Shown here piece by piece: positions 31,970 to 47,326 of a stretch of 64,000 bases of DNA. Where the stretch lies: positions 43,896,001-43,960,000 of the forward strand of contig CM022665.1 in NCBI GenBank assembly GCA_012295275.1. Reading direction: 5' to 3'. The notes under the pieces were generated by a model. The model was not told where the DNA came from and ran no database searches. It saw only the letters and a list, made by a program, of their open reading frames with translations. Position 1 is the first letter of the stretch; the number at the start of each line of letters is the position of its first letter. Source of the DNA: Chrysomallon squamiferum (lineage: Eukaryota > Animalia > Mollusca). Position numbers and translations under genes: made by a program.

Positions 31970-32522
31970 CTTCCTTTATCATAGCATTCAAATGATAGCA
32001 TTATTATTTTATCATAGCATCAAATGATTACATTATTATTTTATCATGGCATCAAATGATTAAAATATGCCTTTATCATGGCATAAAATGATAAAGGTAT
32101 TACTTTATCATGGCATCAAATGATTAAAATATTCCTTTATCATAACATCAAATGATTACCATAATCCTTTATCATGTTTTCAACTGATTACAGTATTCCT
32201 TTATCTTAGCATGAAATGATTACATTATTCCTTTGTCATAGCATCATTTGATAGCAGTATTACTTTATCATGGTATCAAATGATTAAAACATTCCTTTAT
32301 CATAGCATCGAATGATTAAACTATTCCTTTATCATAGCATCGAATGATTAAAATATTCCTTTATCATAGCATGATATGATAGCAGTATTACTTTATCATG
32401 GCATCGAATGATTAAAATAATCATTTATCATAGCATCGAATGATTAAAATATTCCTTTATCATAGCATCGAATGATTAAAATATTCCTTTATCATAGCAT
32501 CGAATGATTAAAATATTTATCG
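31970..32522. repeat. Intronic 32-bp minisatellite, ~17 copies
   Basis: Unit cctttatcatagcatcgaatgattaaaatatt; period measured from 32294 to 32326. Confidence 0.93.
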
Positions 32523-34534
32523 ATCAGAGCCACTGACCTCTTCTTCAATGCTGTGAAGTCATTTGTCAATTTTTCTCTTTTTTTTTTTGTTGTTGTTGTT
32601 TTAATATTATTGCACTTTTATGTAGATTTTGGCCTCCAGGGATTTTATATTTTTTGTATTTTTTTTTTTTTTATTTATTTTTTTTTTTTTTGAAGTTATT
32701 GTCTTGAATACATTGTTACTGTGTTTGTCTTCGCAGTGTCTGATGAAGCACAATAACCTGTTTCGACATGAAGCTCTGTGTATGCTGGTGTGGTGCAAAT
32801 GGAAGTAATGTGTGCGTTTGAAAATAAAAATTTAATTGTTTTCTTGACACCAGCGTTTGATTGGTCTGGGTTTTAGTGTCTGGTAAATGTGTTAATGCAG
32901 GAATATAAAATATATAGGTTGTTGTGTGTTGTTTTTGTTTGATTTTTTGTTTTTTTCTTTACCGAAGGATTCGAATTTTAGTATTCTAATTACATTTTTG
33001 TTTTCCACAGTGTGATTGATTTGATGGTGACATTTTATATATGACTTGAAATAAGAAACACCACTTTATAAAATTTTTGTAGATACTGTTAAAAGAAAAG
33101 TTATTTTCCATTCCAACTTCTGCTCCATAATTGACCCAGTATGTATTTTTATATTTAAAAAAAAAATCACAAATAAAATACTTCTCTCTTTTACTAATCA
33201 ATAAATATTGTCCATGCATTCCTTTCTCATAAAAAAAATATTACAAAATCTTTCTAATATATGCAAGATAATATTCTCAGGTGTTACTGAATGTATATTA
33301 ATCTGTTCCTTTATATCTTATTTACTGACAGAAATAACAAACATGAAATAACAACATCTGTATTAAAACTGAAATGAAGCTGTACCGCGAGAGTATGTCC
33401 ATCGTAAAACAACAAAAAAATGAAGCATCTGTTTATATTATTCCACCAGGGTAAACATTTCCCTCAGTCAGGTCTGAAAACAAGTTTTTAACAGGCTCTG
33501 ACAGTTTAATGTCTTCTTATTTAATGAATGCCTTGTAACACACACCAGAACCTTGTGGACAGTCTTGACACAAATCAAAGTTCACTTCACACCAATAAAT
33601 CATCCGCTTGGTTTTTTCGCCATGGCGACACATGCATGTCCAGCATGTCCTGAATGGACCCTGTTAGACCCTCTGTGACCTCTGCTGGACAGTTAGCTGG
33701 TCAAGAACTGTCTTCTTCAGCTGGACCAAGATGTCTGTGAACGTGTTTAACTTGTGAAGTGTTTTAGAAATCAGTGGTTTTCGAACCCTGAAAGCTTTTT
33801 TTTTTTTTTTTTGTCATTGGTGTTGGTGTTTGTTTAGGTTCTGTGTTGATGCTGCAGTGAATTTATTGTGTGTATCTATGTCTTGGGTGTAATTTTAATT
33901 TTATTAAATAGAAATTAATAAAAAAAATAATTTACAGTATTTATTTCTGTAGAAAAAACCCACGTTATATTATTATGACAAATATGTTGTCAGACATGTT
34001 TGTTTTTAAATTTATTTACATATCAAATATCACCTGGTATATATATCCATGCACCTGATTATTTCTTTTCATTTACACTTACATTATATATTTTTTTTAA
34101 TATATTTTTTTAATTTTCTAAAAGCCCTAATATCACGTTAAACATCACAATACTTTTTTTGCAAACCGTTTTAAATATATCAGAACTAGACATACAATGT
34201 TAACGAGATACACCTTCAAAGTTGTACCTTTCGAATCTCATTATATATATACACACACACACACACACATGCACTCTGATATTGTTTACATTTAGTATAG
34301 GTTTACATTTTGCTACAGAAACTCCTTACATCATGATAAATGAATGCTGTATTGCTTTGTGTGAATGTTACTTATTTAGACACAGAGTCGAGTATACTTC
34401 TTTTCAAACGGGTCAGAAAGGAGTGTCTGCTTGTTTAATCTCTCTGTCAGTATTTCACTCCAGCTGATGTTTTGTTGTTTATTAACTACAGGCTTGTGTG
34501 TGTCTGTGTCTTGTTATCTTCTCTGTGTTTCACC

Positions 34535-34577
<43 letters not shown>

Positions 34578-34875
34578 TTCTCTGTCTGTCTGTCTGTTTG
34601 TCTGATATCTGCAGTAGTAATTTACATATTTTTCATAGATATCAACAGCAAGCAGTGTGGTTGGATTGGGAAATTATGTTTTAGAAAAAATACTGATGTT
34701 TTTTGAAAATATTTATTTTATTTTATTTTATTTATTTATTTATTCATTCATTCATTCATTCATTCATTCATTCATTCATTTTATTATTATTATTATTTTT
34801 ATTTATTTATTTATTTATTTATTTATTCATGTATTTGTTATTTTAACATATATTTTTAAGCTTTTTCCATTTTTT

Positions 34876-34942
<67 letters not shown>

Positions 34943-35243
34943 CATACATAAAAGAAATTATGGTTATAAATTATATAAATTTAAACTCAAATATAAAAAT
35001 ACAAGCTATCTTAAACAAAATAAAAAAACATATTTAATAAATTATTTAGAATTTCTAACTACTGAAAGTTAAAACATGCAAAAAAAACAAAAAACAAAAA
35101 AATGAAAAAAAAACAAACCCACAAAGGTTGTACTTTTTTTTTTTGTAAATCTTTTCTTAAGCTTGATAAACAAAAATTAAAACCTGCTTATTAGATACAA
35201 CAAACAAGGTCATCACAAAGTCTAATCTATTCTTTCAACAAAT

Positions 35244-35281
<38 letters not shown>

Positions 35282-35622
35282 CTCTGGCAATCAAAATGAG
35301 CTAAAATTACTTACATGTCGACTTGAGGCTATAAATCAGGTTTGTTTGTGAGAGTTACATAAAGGGACACAATGCTGATACAATGTCCTGTTTGACTGGA
35401 ACTGTGCTGATGTCTTGATACGTTTGTTTAAGCTGTAAAAAGACACCAGTCTACGTAGTCCTGCTACTAAGCAATTTGTAACACAAGAGCAGTAAATCTA
35501 GCTTCCACTGTTTGAGATTTTAAAACAAACTGAAGGAAAATTATTTTTTTTATTTTTTTTTATTTTTTTTAAATGTGAAATTTTAATATCTTTTGTTGGT
35601 TGGTTGGTGGTTGGTTGGGTTT

Positions 35623-35659
<37 letters not shown>

Positions 35660-35816
35660 TTTTTTTTTTTTTTTATTTTATTTTTTTTTTTTTTTTTTTT
35701 GTTTATTTGTTGGGAAGATGGATGGGGGTTTTTGTTGATTGTTCTTGATTTTGATTTGATTTTATTTTATTTTTTTTTTTTTTTTTTTTTAATTTATTAA
35801 TTTATTTATTATTATA

Positions 35817-35848
<32 letters not shown>

Positions 35849-35889
35849 TACTATTTATTTTTTTTTTTTTTTATTTATTTCTTTTATTT

Positions 35890-35924
<35 letters not shown>

Positions 35925-36173
35925 TTTGTTTATTTATTTATTTATTTTATCAGTAATTTACTGTTCTTGATTTGTAAAATGATATGTTGTTTTTTAGGAA
36001 ATGAACAAACATGTAACACTAACAGCACTTCAAGCTGTTGTTTATCAAAGCTAAGTGTTTGAGAGTGTGAAGGTTTTATGAGCTTTTGTGTGAGCGAATG
36101 TATGTGTTTATATCAATGTACAGGTCTTTGTATGTTCTTATGTGTTTCTGTTTGTGGACAGCTATATACAGGC

Positions 36174-36261
<88 letters not shown>

Positions 36262-36925
36262 TAATGTAAATATGTGTGTTTATATTAATGTACATGTGTC
36301 TGAATGTGTTTCTGTTTACACAGGCATGTGTTATGTTCAGTGTTTTCTGTGTGTGTGTGTATGTATGTATGTGAGTGTGTGTGTGTGTGTGTGTAAATAT
36401 GTGTTTATATTAATGTACATATGTTTGAATGTGTTTCTGTTTATGTGCAGTTATGTACAGGTGTGTGTGTATGTGTGTGTGTATTTCTCTGTGTGTGTGT
36501 GTGTTTGTCTGTGTTTCTCTGAGTTTGTGTATATATCTGATTGTGTATGTGTAAGTGTGTGTTTGTATTTATGTGTATCTTTTTCTGTATGTGTCTCTAT
36601 GTGTGTGTGCATGTACTGATGTGTATGTTGATGCACATGCACAAGCATTTAACAGCATTACTGCCTGTTTCTAAATAATATCAGACTGCATGCATGCATG
36701 TGTATATCTCTGGGAACAAATACGTTGCATGTAACTCTTCAAAGTGTCTGCTCTCGAGACATTCCTGATGAAAAGATTTGGAGAAAACAATGAGTTATTT
36801 ATACACCCAGGAGTCGAGGAATACAGTCAGCTAAGAACTGATTAAACTGCTTGTCACAGTCCCAGCAAAATCAGAAAATTAATATCTTCTTGTTGCTCTT
36901 CCAAGAACTCCATTTAAAATTATCT

Positions 36926-36964
<39 letters not shown>

Positions 36965-39004
36965 TCAATATCATGAGTATTGTATGCGATGAACTAAATA
37001 AAACTGAATGTGTTTTGTGAATTTTTTCCAGACAGTTTTTTTTTTTCTTCTAATTTTGTTTTCCGTGTTAAAGTGTATATTCCTCCAGATTCGTTTAGTT
37101 GTTAAACTTTATCGTTATTAAAGATTGTGCCAGGTGCGTATTTTTTACCCTGTTTTTGTTTAAATAGGTAATAGCTACTGTCTTTAACAAAAAGAAATAC
37201 TGCAGCCACTATGAATGTATTTAATACAGGCTGACAATGTCAGAAGAACTCTCAAGTTCAGTTTAATGGGGAAAAGTATAGGTCGATATATATACTAAAG
37301 ATATTTTATACTTCAAGACTATAGTTTATACCTATTTAACAGTTAAAAGCTTTTTTTTCCAGCTTTGATCAGAAAAGATAACAGCAGTTTACTAAAGAGA
37401 ATATGATATTATATGTTATATCTCTTCCTTTTTGCTAACTTTGCTCTTCTTCTTCTTCTTCTTCTTCTTCTTCTTCTTCTTCTTCTTCTGCTACCAGTAA
37501 GAATCAAAGTCACACACACCAAAGACAGCTTACAAGTTATTTCTGTCGCTCTTAAAAACCTAAGTGACATCCTTTTGATCATCTTAGGCTTGCAGCCTGC
37601 TGGTTGTGCAGTGGAATGATCAGGTTTCAAGAGAGCATAAGACCAGCTAAGTCACTGATACCGTCTTTGAAACAGTCAGCTAATTAAAATCCATAATGTT
37701 TCATTGAGGTGATGTGCTCTGTGGTAAAACCTTACCTCTCATCTCTGTAATTTGATGGCTCCACCAACTTGAAAGTCCCTGCCAGTGACTGGTTTATGTC
37801 TAGACAGTAGTTTGTGGTTACGATTTTTTAAATTTATTTTTAGTTATGGTTAGATTGTTAATTGTTGAATCGTTTTGGTTACGTTATTATTTACTGTCAG
37901 TTGTGGTTTATATTATTATTTATTGTCAGTTACATTAGTATTTATTAATTGTTGTTACGTTTTTATTTACTGTTAATTATGGTTACATTTTTAATTGTTG
38001 TTCATTTTGGTTACTTTATTAACATTAAATTTTTTGTATTTAAGTTAAAATCATTGCCAGTAACTAGTATATCTAAGGCTGCAGTTTGTGGTTACACTCT
38101 TATTTATTGTTAATCGTGGTTACTTTATTATTAACATTGACATTATTGATTTATGGTAAGTGGTGAAGTTATATTCTTCTGTTTGTTTTAAAGTGAATTT
38201 GTAGTAGGACAACAAATAACCAAATGTTTATTTGTTAACTTTGAAGTATTTATTTGAACCTCATCTCTAATCTTTGCTAATAACAAAGGATGATGATGAT
38301 AATGTACAAATTTCATGGCATTTCATAAGAGGATTCTGTTTTCTATGTTTCTTTCTCTTTATTTATTTATTTATTTATTTTATTTTATTCTTTTTTTTAA
38401 ATTTGTTTTGTTGTGTTTTGGTGGGGGGGGGGTTTTCAGTGCTTGAGATATCATATCATAGCAAAATGTAAAATAAATAAATACATTTTAAAAAAGTTAA
38501 AATAAATATAGAAAAGTAAAATAATTAAGAGAATGTTAGACCTAATAAAACCTAATAAACACACAGATACACAGTCTTTATGAATATTTACTTACTTTGC
38601 TTGTTAACTTCAGTAAATAAATTACAGGACAAGAAGTTCACTTAAATCAATGGATCTTATTTTTTCTTTTCATTTTTTTTTTTTCTTTTATTATTATTAT
38701 TATTATTTGTTGTTGGTGGTGGTGGTGTTTGTATTTATTATTGTTTTTTCTTTGGAGAATGTAGGTCTTTTTAATGTAATTTAAACTTAAAATTAAAATA
38801 TTGTATTCAAACATTAAATTTTTTTTTTATTTTATTTATTTTTTTTATTTTTTTCTTTTTTGTTTTTTTTTTTTAAGTTTTGTTTTTTTATCCATTGAAT
38901 TTTATTTATTTACTTTTTTATTTATTTATTTATTTATTTATTTATTCTACCCCATTAAATTCATTCATTCAGGAAGATGAAGGGTGTGTTTTGATGGGAG
39001 TATA

Positions 39005-39051
<47 letters not shown>

Positions 39052-39531
39052 ATGATAATTTCTCACACACACATATATATATTACTCATATTTTAGATAT
39101 ATAATTATAGCTTTTGAAATTTTTGTATCTGTTCTGTAGTTTTGTTTATTTTATTTTTTTAAAAGGGATTTGTTATCATTGCTATTTCTATTTTGAATGT
39201 ATTTTTAAATTTATTATTATTATTTTTTGTTATGGATGAGTTAAAAACACATTATTTCATTTATTTTGTTTTTGCTTGTTTTCATATTATTTAAAAAAAT
39301 TTTTTTTTATGTAACACTTATTTATGTATTTCATTTATGTATGGATTATTTAATTTATTTATTTGTTTGTTATTTATTTATTTCTTTGTTTATATTATTA
39401 ATATTATTTATTTACAGGAAGATTTAAGGTTTATTTAGTTTAGTTATTTATATATTTATTTATTTATGATATTTATGTATGTATTTATTTATATTATTTA
39501 TTTATTTTTATTTGTTTGATTTATTTATTAA

Positions 39532-39792
<261 letters not shown>

Positions 39793-42682
39793 TAACCTTT
39801 GCTAATAACAAAGTATGATGGTAATGTACAAATTTCATGGCATTTCATAAAAGGATATTGTTTTTGTGTGTTTCTTTTTTTGTGTGTTATTTATATATTT
39901 ATTTATATATTTATTTATTTATTTATTTATTTTTATTATTATTATTATTATTAATTTGTGTTGTTTTTTTGTCCATTATTTTAATACTTAGGATATCAAG
40001 TCTTACAGCAGAATGTAAAAAAAAAAAATATTAAAAAAATAAAAATAATAATAATAATGACAACAACAAAAATAATATTAATAATAATAAAAACTTAAAA
40101 ACAAATTTTAAACTACAATACTGTGGCTGAATATATATATATATATATATATATTCATCATTCAAACATATTTACAGGCATTTTAAAATCATAATAACAA
40201 CAGCAGTGAAAGCAGATTAAAAAATGAAAAATAAAGAAGATTTATAGAGAAATTATGCCACTCATTTTAAACGCATACACAAATTTCAATAACTGATTTA
40301 TCATAAATCATTTTGTATTTTGCTACCTCTGAGAAGGTGTGAAATAAAATATACTTTGCTGCTAATCTTAAAAACAAAAGAAACCTTTTTAAACAGGGAG
40401 CTGGCTGGGTTTAAACTCTCATTTTTTTCTCCATGATTTTTAACTGTGTGTATGTGTAATACCAGACAAACCATAGATCAAAACTGCTGAATGGTATCGA
40501 TAAACTTTCTTTACCTGGCTGTGTTAAGTAGAAGCAATTTCCATTAAACACTACAACATTACAGCTTTATCTTCCTGTTTACTCTGCTGCAGTGAGATTG
40601 CTGGTAAATTGATGCAGTGTTACACGTGACTGATCAGACTTGATTTTCAACAGAGTAATTCTCCTTCTTACTCTGTCTGTGTTAGTTCAGAACACAGGTA
40701 TGAAACGGAGCCAGGACATCGAAGTAGAAAACAAATTGATGTTAAGTAACTCGATACCGTCAGTTATTGAAATACAGGCTTTCAGTGGCTTCCTTAATCA
40801 GAGTAATGGCTGACATCTATCAGAGAGATTTTTTTTTTTTTTTTTTTTTTTTTATTAATTGTCTGTTCAAATGATTCTTGTTGCCACTGTTTTAGTAGTT
40901 TCATATTGCCACTTTTTTTTTTTTTTCATATTAATTTATTTCAAATGATTTTTTGTTTTTTTTTTAGTAGTTTCATATTGATTTTTTTTTATTTATTTAT
41001 TTTTTTTTTATTAAATCCAGTTTTATTTAGGGTTGTTAAAAGTCTTGATCTACAGGTACACACTAGTTTTGTATAAATTTAAACTTAGAATTTTTTTTTT
41101 TTTTTTTTTTGATTCTTCAGTCTGCTTGATGGTTTTTTCATGATTTTTAAAAAAAAAAAAAAAAAATTTTTTTTTATCTGCAACAGAAATCTGATATCCA
41201 GCAGTAATCACATGTCCTCAAATATCTGACTTTACTATAGAGAAAAGAAAGAAAGAAGAATTGTATTTTATTCAGTATGGTCTTTATTTTTATTTTATTT
41301 TTTTTTTTTTTTAAGCATGCAGTCTTTCTTTTCTTTTCTTTTTTTTTTTTAAAATGTTTTTTCTTTGTTTTTTTTTTTTCATTGTGGTTTTAGTGGTATA
41401 TTATTTTTGGCAACATGCTGTTGAAAATAATTTTATGTAATAATATGTGCAATAGACAGGGAGAGACTTATTTAAGGTTGATGTGTTGTGTCTGTGTGTG
41501 TGTGTGTGTGTGTGTAGACACTCTGACATATACACAAAACAGTGAGACAGTCACTGACAAAACCTAATCTAGTTTAGATTTATTTCTATGGGAGTATCAA
41601 CATAATTTTCTTTGTTCATATATGATTGTGTGTGAGATGTATATGTATGTATGTTTGTGTGTGTACTTGTATGTATGTATGTGTATGTGTATGTGTACTT
41701 GTGTGTGTGTCATGTGTGTGTGTGTACTTGGGGGTATGTGTGTGTTTGTGTGATTTATATAAGTATTTATGTATGTCATTGTATATGAAAGTGATAGATT
41801 TGTGTGTGTGTATGTGTCATGTTCATGGATATGTATCCATGTGTATATTTGGGTTTTTTTCCATGTGTATATTTGGGATTCTGACAAATCCATCATTATC
41901 ATATTTCACACAGACCAATTACTACAATCATACCTGAACCAACAAAACAAAACAAAATTTATAAAAATTAAAAAATAACCTATCACTCCAACTTCTTTTT
42001 CTACATCAACATTTTTTTTTTTTTAATTTGTTCTGCAACTGTTAAACCACAAACAGTACTTTGCTTTTGACCTGTGTGTGTGTGTGTGTGTGTTTTGTGT
42101 TTGAACACAGCAGTCAGTCACATCTGATGATTTATCATTTCTCCATTGTGTTTGAATACAGCAGTCACATCTGATCATTTCTCCATTCACACTGAACCCA
42201 GATGCTTACCTCACACAGAATCTGCCAGTGGTGAAATCACTTTACGAATTTGTGACTTGGGTTCTTATTCTTCTCTGCTGATGTAATTACTTGTGTGTCT
42301 TGTGTTGCTGTGTGGGTGTGTGTGGGTGTGTGTGGGTGGGTGGGTGAGAGGTGTGGGTGTGGTGAGAGGTGTGGCTGCAGAAGTGAACCTCTCTCTCTCG
42401 TTTCTCTGAGTTGATGAAAAAAAAGAAAAATTCAGGAGTTAATAATAATGTAATGTGATAATGCTGTATTTGTAATCAGTTTAAAAAACAAAAAAAAGTA
42501 AAGAAGAAGTGTAAAATAATGAAAATAAAATATTTTTGTTTGAGTTAGTGTGTGTGTGTCTGTATGTCTTTATCATATATATACACGAGTATGTGTATAT
42601 ATGTCTTTGTGTGAAAGAATTAAGAATAAAGTAAAATAATTTGCAGTATATTAATTCACTGGAAAGTATTTTTGTTATATAA

Positions 42683-42720
<38 letters not shown>

Positions 42721-42897
42721 TTGAGTCTGTGTATGGGATCTCTAAGTAATACATTTCACAATAAATTACATTAATTCAGTTAAAAAAGTGTATATATGAG
42801 TTAAGGTAAATGTTAATTAGGTTCTTCTAATGTAATCACATGTAAACCTAATTTATTTTGTTCTTTAAAAAAAATGTTTACAGTATATTAGTGTAAT

Positions 42898-42948
<51 letters not shown>

Positions 42949-43695
42949 TGTTAATTCAGTATAAATATGTATTACTGAACTACATCTAATTTTCTTTTTT
43001 TTTTATATAATAACAGAAGTGAATGTCTGAAATATATGTAATTTGTTGTCATACTGGTTTTAAATATATTGCAATACTGTTAATGTTTTTAAAATGTGTA
43101 AGTTTAATTTTTTAAATTTACACATTTTAAAAACATTAAAAAAATTTAAAATTATAACACTGCAGAACCATTGATATTTGTAAGCAGAGAATAAAACAAA
43201 ATATGACATTTATTTTATTTATTACTTCAGAATGCATTGAAACCTAATGTTAACATACATCTGTGAGTTAATGTTTCAATCTGATTATGTTTATAAAGGG
43301 AAATGACATGGGTTTTTTTTATAGAGAAATTATACCAAGATTTGAAAATTTTTATATTAATTTAACACAGATAAAGTTTTAAGTAATAACTTTTAATTCT
43401 ATTTTACTGAGATTTGTTACTAAGGACTTGATATTCAGTCAAATTCTGTCATGTTTTTTGTTTTTTTTCTCAGAAAAAGCACATAGCAGCATAAAAAACA
43501 TTTCAGAACATAATTTCTGAATACGTTCTTCCACATTTTGTATGTAGGAAGACTGTATTAGCTAGAAATTACTTTTAAAAATGTCTCAAATATTAGTTAC
43601 CTGAATGCATTTTTAAATATGAGCTCTGTAAGTAATATTTGTTATGCTAGTTTGTGATTATCATATTTATGTTATTATTATGTCTGTATTATCTT

Positions 43696-44086
43696 TTGAT
43701 TTTGTATTTGACTTTGTATTTGATTATTTGATTTTGTATTTGACTTTGTATGTGACTTTGTATGTGACTTTGTATTTGAATTTGTATTTGAATTTGTATT
43801 TGAATTTGTATTTTAACTTTGTATTTGACTTTGTATTTTGACTTTGTATTTGACTTTGTATTTTAACTTTGTATTTGATTTTGTATTTGACTTTGTATTT
43901 GATTTTGTATTTGATTTTGTATTGGATTTTGTATTTGACTTTGTATTTGATTTAGTATTTGACTTTGTATTTTGACTTTGTATTTTGATTTTGTATTTGT
44001 ATTTGACTTTGTATTTGACTTTGTATTTGACTTTGTATTTGATTTTGTATTTGACTTTGTATTTGATTTTGTATTTGATTTTGTAG
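43696..44086 (+). repeat. 12-bp tandem array (ga(c/t)tttgtattt)n ending exactly in the exon 18 acceptor
   Basis: ~32 units; the final unit reads gattttgtAG|atg. Confidence 0.93.
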
Positions 44087-44170
44087 ATGAGGTGTTCCCC
44101 GGAACCTGATGAAGATGTGTGGCTTGCTGTACAGGAAGATGGCGTGTCTGTTTTAGAGCTCGTTTCTATG
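44087..44170 (+). CDS. PLEKHH1/2: PLEKHH-family exon 18, FERM F3 (MRCSPEPDEDVWLAVQEDGVSVLELVSM)
   Basis: 84 nt in frame, atg|gtaact donor; VWLAVQEDGVSVL corresponds to recalled VWIAVNEDGVSIL. Confidence 0.92.
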
Positions 44171-45100
44171 GTAACTAAACATATTTATATACTTCTGGAC
44201 TTTGCTTCTGTGGTAACTTGCTTTTAATTAAAACTATCAGAACTTTGTTTCTAACACATTTGCAAGGTGTTAATGTTAGAACTTGCTTCTATGGTTATTT
44301 TTTTTGTTTTAATTAAACCATCAGAATCTTATTTGAAATATTAAAATTTGTAGGGTTTTTTTGGGTCAGTTAAACATTTATTTTGATCTTTATTTAATAG
44401 TATTTCTTAAATTAATGTACAAAATTTATTTGAAATATTAAAATTCCTTTCTGTGGTCAGTTAAAACATCTTTTATTTAATCTTTAATTAATAGGTTTTC
44501 TTAAGTTAATGTAGAATAATTATTGGATATTTTTATTTACTTAGTTATTTATTTTTAAATTATTTTAAGAAAATTTATTCAGAATTCTTGTTCATTTTTT
44601 TTTTATTTATTGACTTCTAAATTTTCTTTTTTTATTCAAAATTAATTTTCAGTGGTACCCCAAATTTTTTAATTTCATTAATTAACTTAATGGAATAAAT
44701 TATAATAATAATCAATTTTTTATTTGTTTCTTTTTTTTTAAATAATTTTCTTCATATCATTGCAAGCTTACATTGCAACCAGCTAAAATTCTTCATTTGC
44801 TCATTCTGTCTGTGGTCTGTTTAATAATGCAGCCATTGGGTGAAAAGTCATTATTTTTATGACCTTTTTATTACAGTGGAATAATTATTCTTCTAGTTCA
44901 GTGCTCCCAGGTCACACTCTTCATGTTCTCTCCTCCTTACTTTTAATGTAACCACAAACTAGAGGAAACAAATAAATTAAAAATGTTTTTATAAAATGAA
45001 AAAAAAAAAAAAAAAAAAAAAAATTTGAAGATAAATCTGGTACAGTTCCTAATATAGTAATAATATTAATTTGTTTTCAGTATTTATATTTAAAAAAAAA

Positions 45101-45137
<37 letters not shown>

Positions 45138-47278
45138 TATTAATTAATGATTTAATTTATTAATTTAATGATTTAATTTATTTATTATTTTTTTATTTAT
45201 TTATTTTTCTTTATTGTTAATTTTTCTTTATTTTTATTTTATAACTAGCTTTTGTTTTTTAAATTTACTGTTATGAATTTTTTTTATTTTTTTTTTTTTT
45301 TTTATTAATTATATTTGACTATTTAGGAATTATTTTATTTTATTTTATATTATTTTATTCTATTCTATTTTATTTCTTGAATAATTTCTTTTAAAACATG
45401 TACAGATGGTGTAAAAAAAAAAAAAAAAAATCACAAAACCCACTTGATTATAATTCTTAAAAAAATCAATTAGCTTTTTACTCATCACCTCTCTATCTCT
45501 GGTAATAAAAAAACACTTCTCCATCTTACGTTACTCTCAACCACTACACAACAATCTCTTTATCTGCTTCCAAGCTTGATTAGTTGTCTTGTTAGCAATT
45601 ATTATCAAGTGTGTGACCACTGTCCAGTCTTTGTGACTGACCGGCATTTGTGAATCACTGGACCCTTTGGTGTCAGAAGCTGACTTTTGTCATGTTAATG
45701 TCGTTCTTTTTTAAATTGGACCTCTCGCCTTTTTTCTTTTGTAGCAGTAAAAATTTCATTCATGCTTCATGATTGATTTATTCCGGAAGAGTCTGCTGCT
45801 TTTGTGTGTTCAGCTGTTTGTCTGTTTGTCTGTACACCTGTCTGTCTGTTGTTAGAGTCGCTGTGTAGTAGTAGTAGTAGTAGAAGTAGAGTTATGTTGA
45901 TGTAGGTTTTGTTAATTTGTTTAATGAGATGAGCGTTGAGTGATGGTGGGTGTTATGAAGTCTTAGGTGTTGTCTGAATTTATTTTTATTTGTTTTTTTA
46001 TTATTAGTATTATTTATTTATTTATTTATTTATTTATTATTATTATTATTAGAATTGTTTATATATTTTTTTATTTATTACTAAATAAATATTTTTTTGG
46101 TTTAATGTATAAATTTGTGATATTGTTGTTGTTGGTATAATTGTTTTTATTATTATTATTATTATTATTTATTTTATTTTATTTTAATAGATATTTTCTA
46201 GGTTTTATGTATAAATTTGTATTAAAAAAAAAATTAATTATTAAATTAATAATTATCATCAAAAAAAACATCATCATTCATTATTATCATTTAGTGTTAT
46301 ATTTTTTGAAAAAAAAAAAAAATAAATAAAATAAAATAATATAAAATGTAAAAAAAAAAAAAACTAGAAAACAAATAAAATAAAATAAAACTAAATCAAT
46401 ACAATTCCATGTGTTTTCACAGTCATCATTTTATCTTTATAAACAACTAACAATTTCATCTTCTTTTTTTTAAAAACCTTTTTTTTTACTTTCTCACGCA
46501 AAAAAACCCCAATAAAAACAATAAAAAAAAGAAAACAGAAAAGAAAAGATAATTCTACAGATACACCATTTCCTCCAGCTTTACAATTAACAAGTTTTAT
46601 ACCTGCCCAGTAATCAATAGATCAACTCTCTGTTTTGTGTTTAAAAAAAAAAAAATAAAAATAAAAATTAAAAAAACGCCTCTCATCCATCCAGCATGCA
46701 TTTGGGCAGGGTGGGGGGGTGGGATGTGGGGGGCGACTCCCAGGGGAAATCATCTGTTTTATTCAGAAAAATACCAGACAGGCTTAAAGCATCTGTTGTT
46801 AGACTGGAAGTGGGTGGTGAGTGTCTGTGTCTGTGTCTGTGTGTGTGTGAAATGTGAAATGGACCGGTTTCCGCGCGTTTGGGGAAAAATGTGTCGTATA
46901 CTACGTCCAAGTCATTCATCATGTTTTGATTTGAGTAGTAGTAGAAGTTGTTGTTGTTGTGAATGTGGCTTGGAAAGAGTTGTTGTTGTTGTTGGGATGA
47001 TGATGGTTGGATAAAGATTTTTTTTAAAATAAAAAATTTAAAAAAAAAATTTAAAAAAATTAAATTTTTTTTTTTTTTTTTTGTGTTCTTGGTTTAAGAG
47101 TTGTAACTGATATCGTGTTACTGTCAGTTAATCATTGTGTAGTGTAATAATCTTTTATATCTCTGGGTTTTTTTTCTGTTTTTTTTTTGTTTATTTTTTG
47201 ATTAGTTGCTTCATAATTTTTTCTTTTTCTCTATTTCTGTTTAGTTCTTTCTTCCTCCATGTCTTTTTTTTTCTTTTT

Positions 47279-47326
<48 letters not shown>

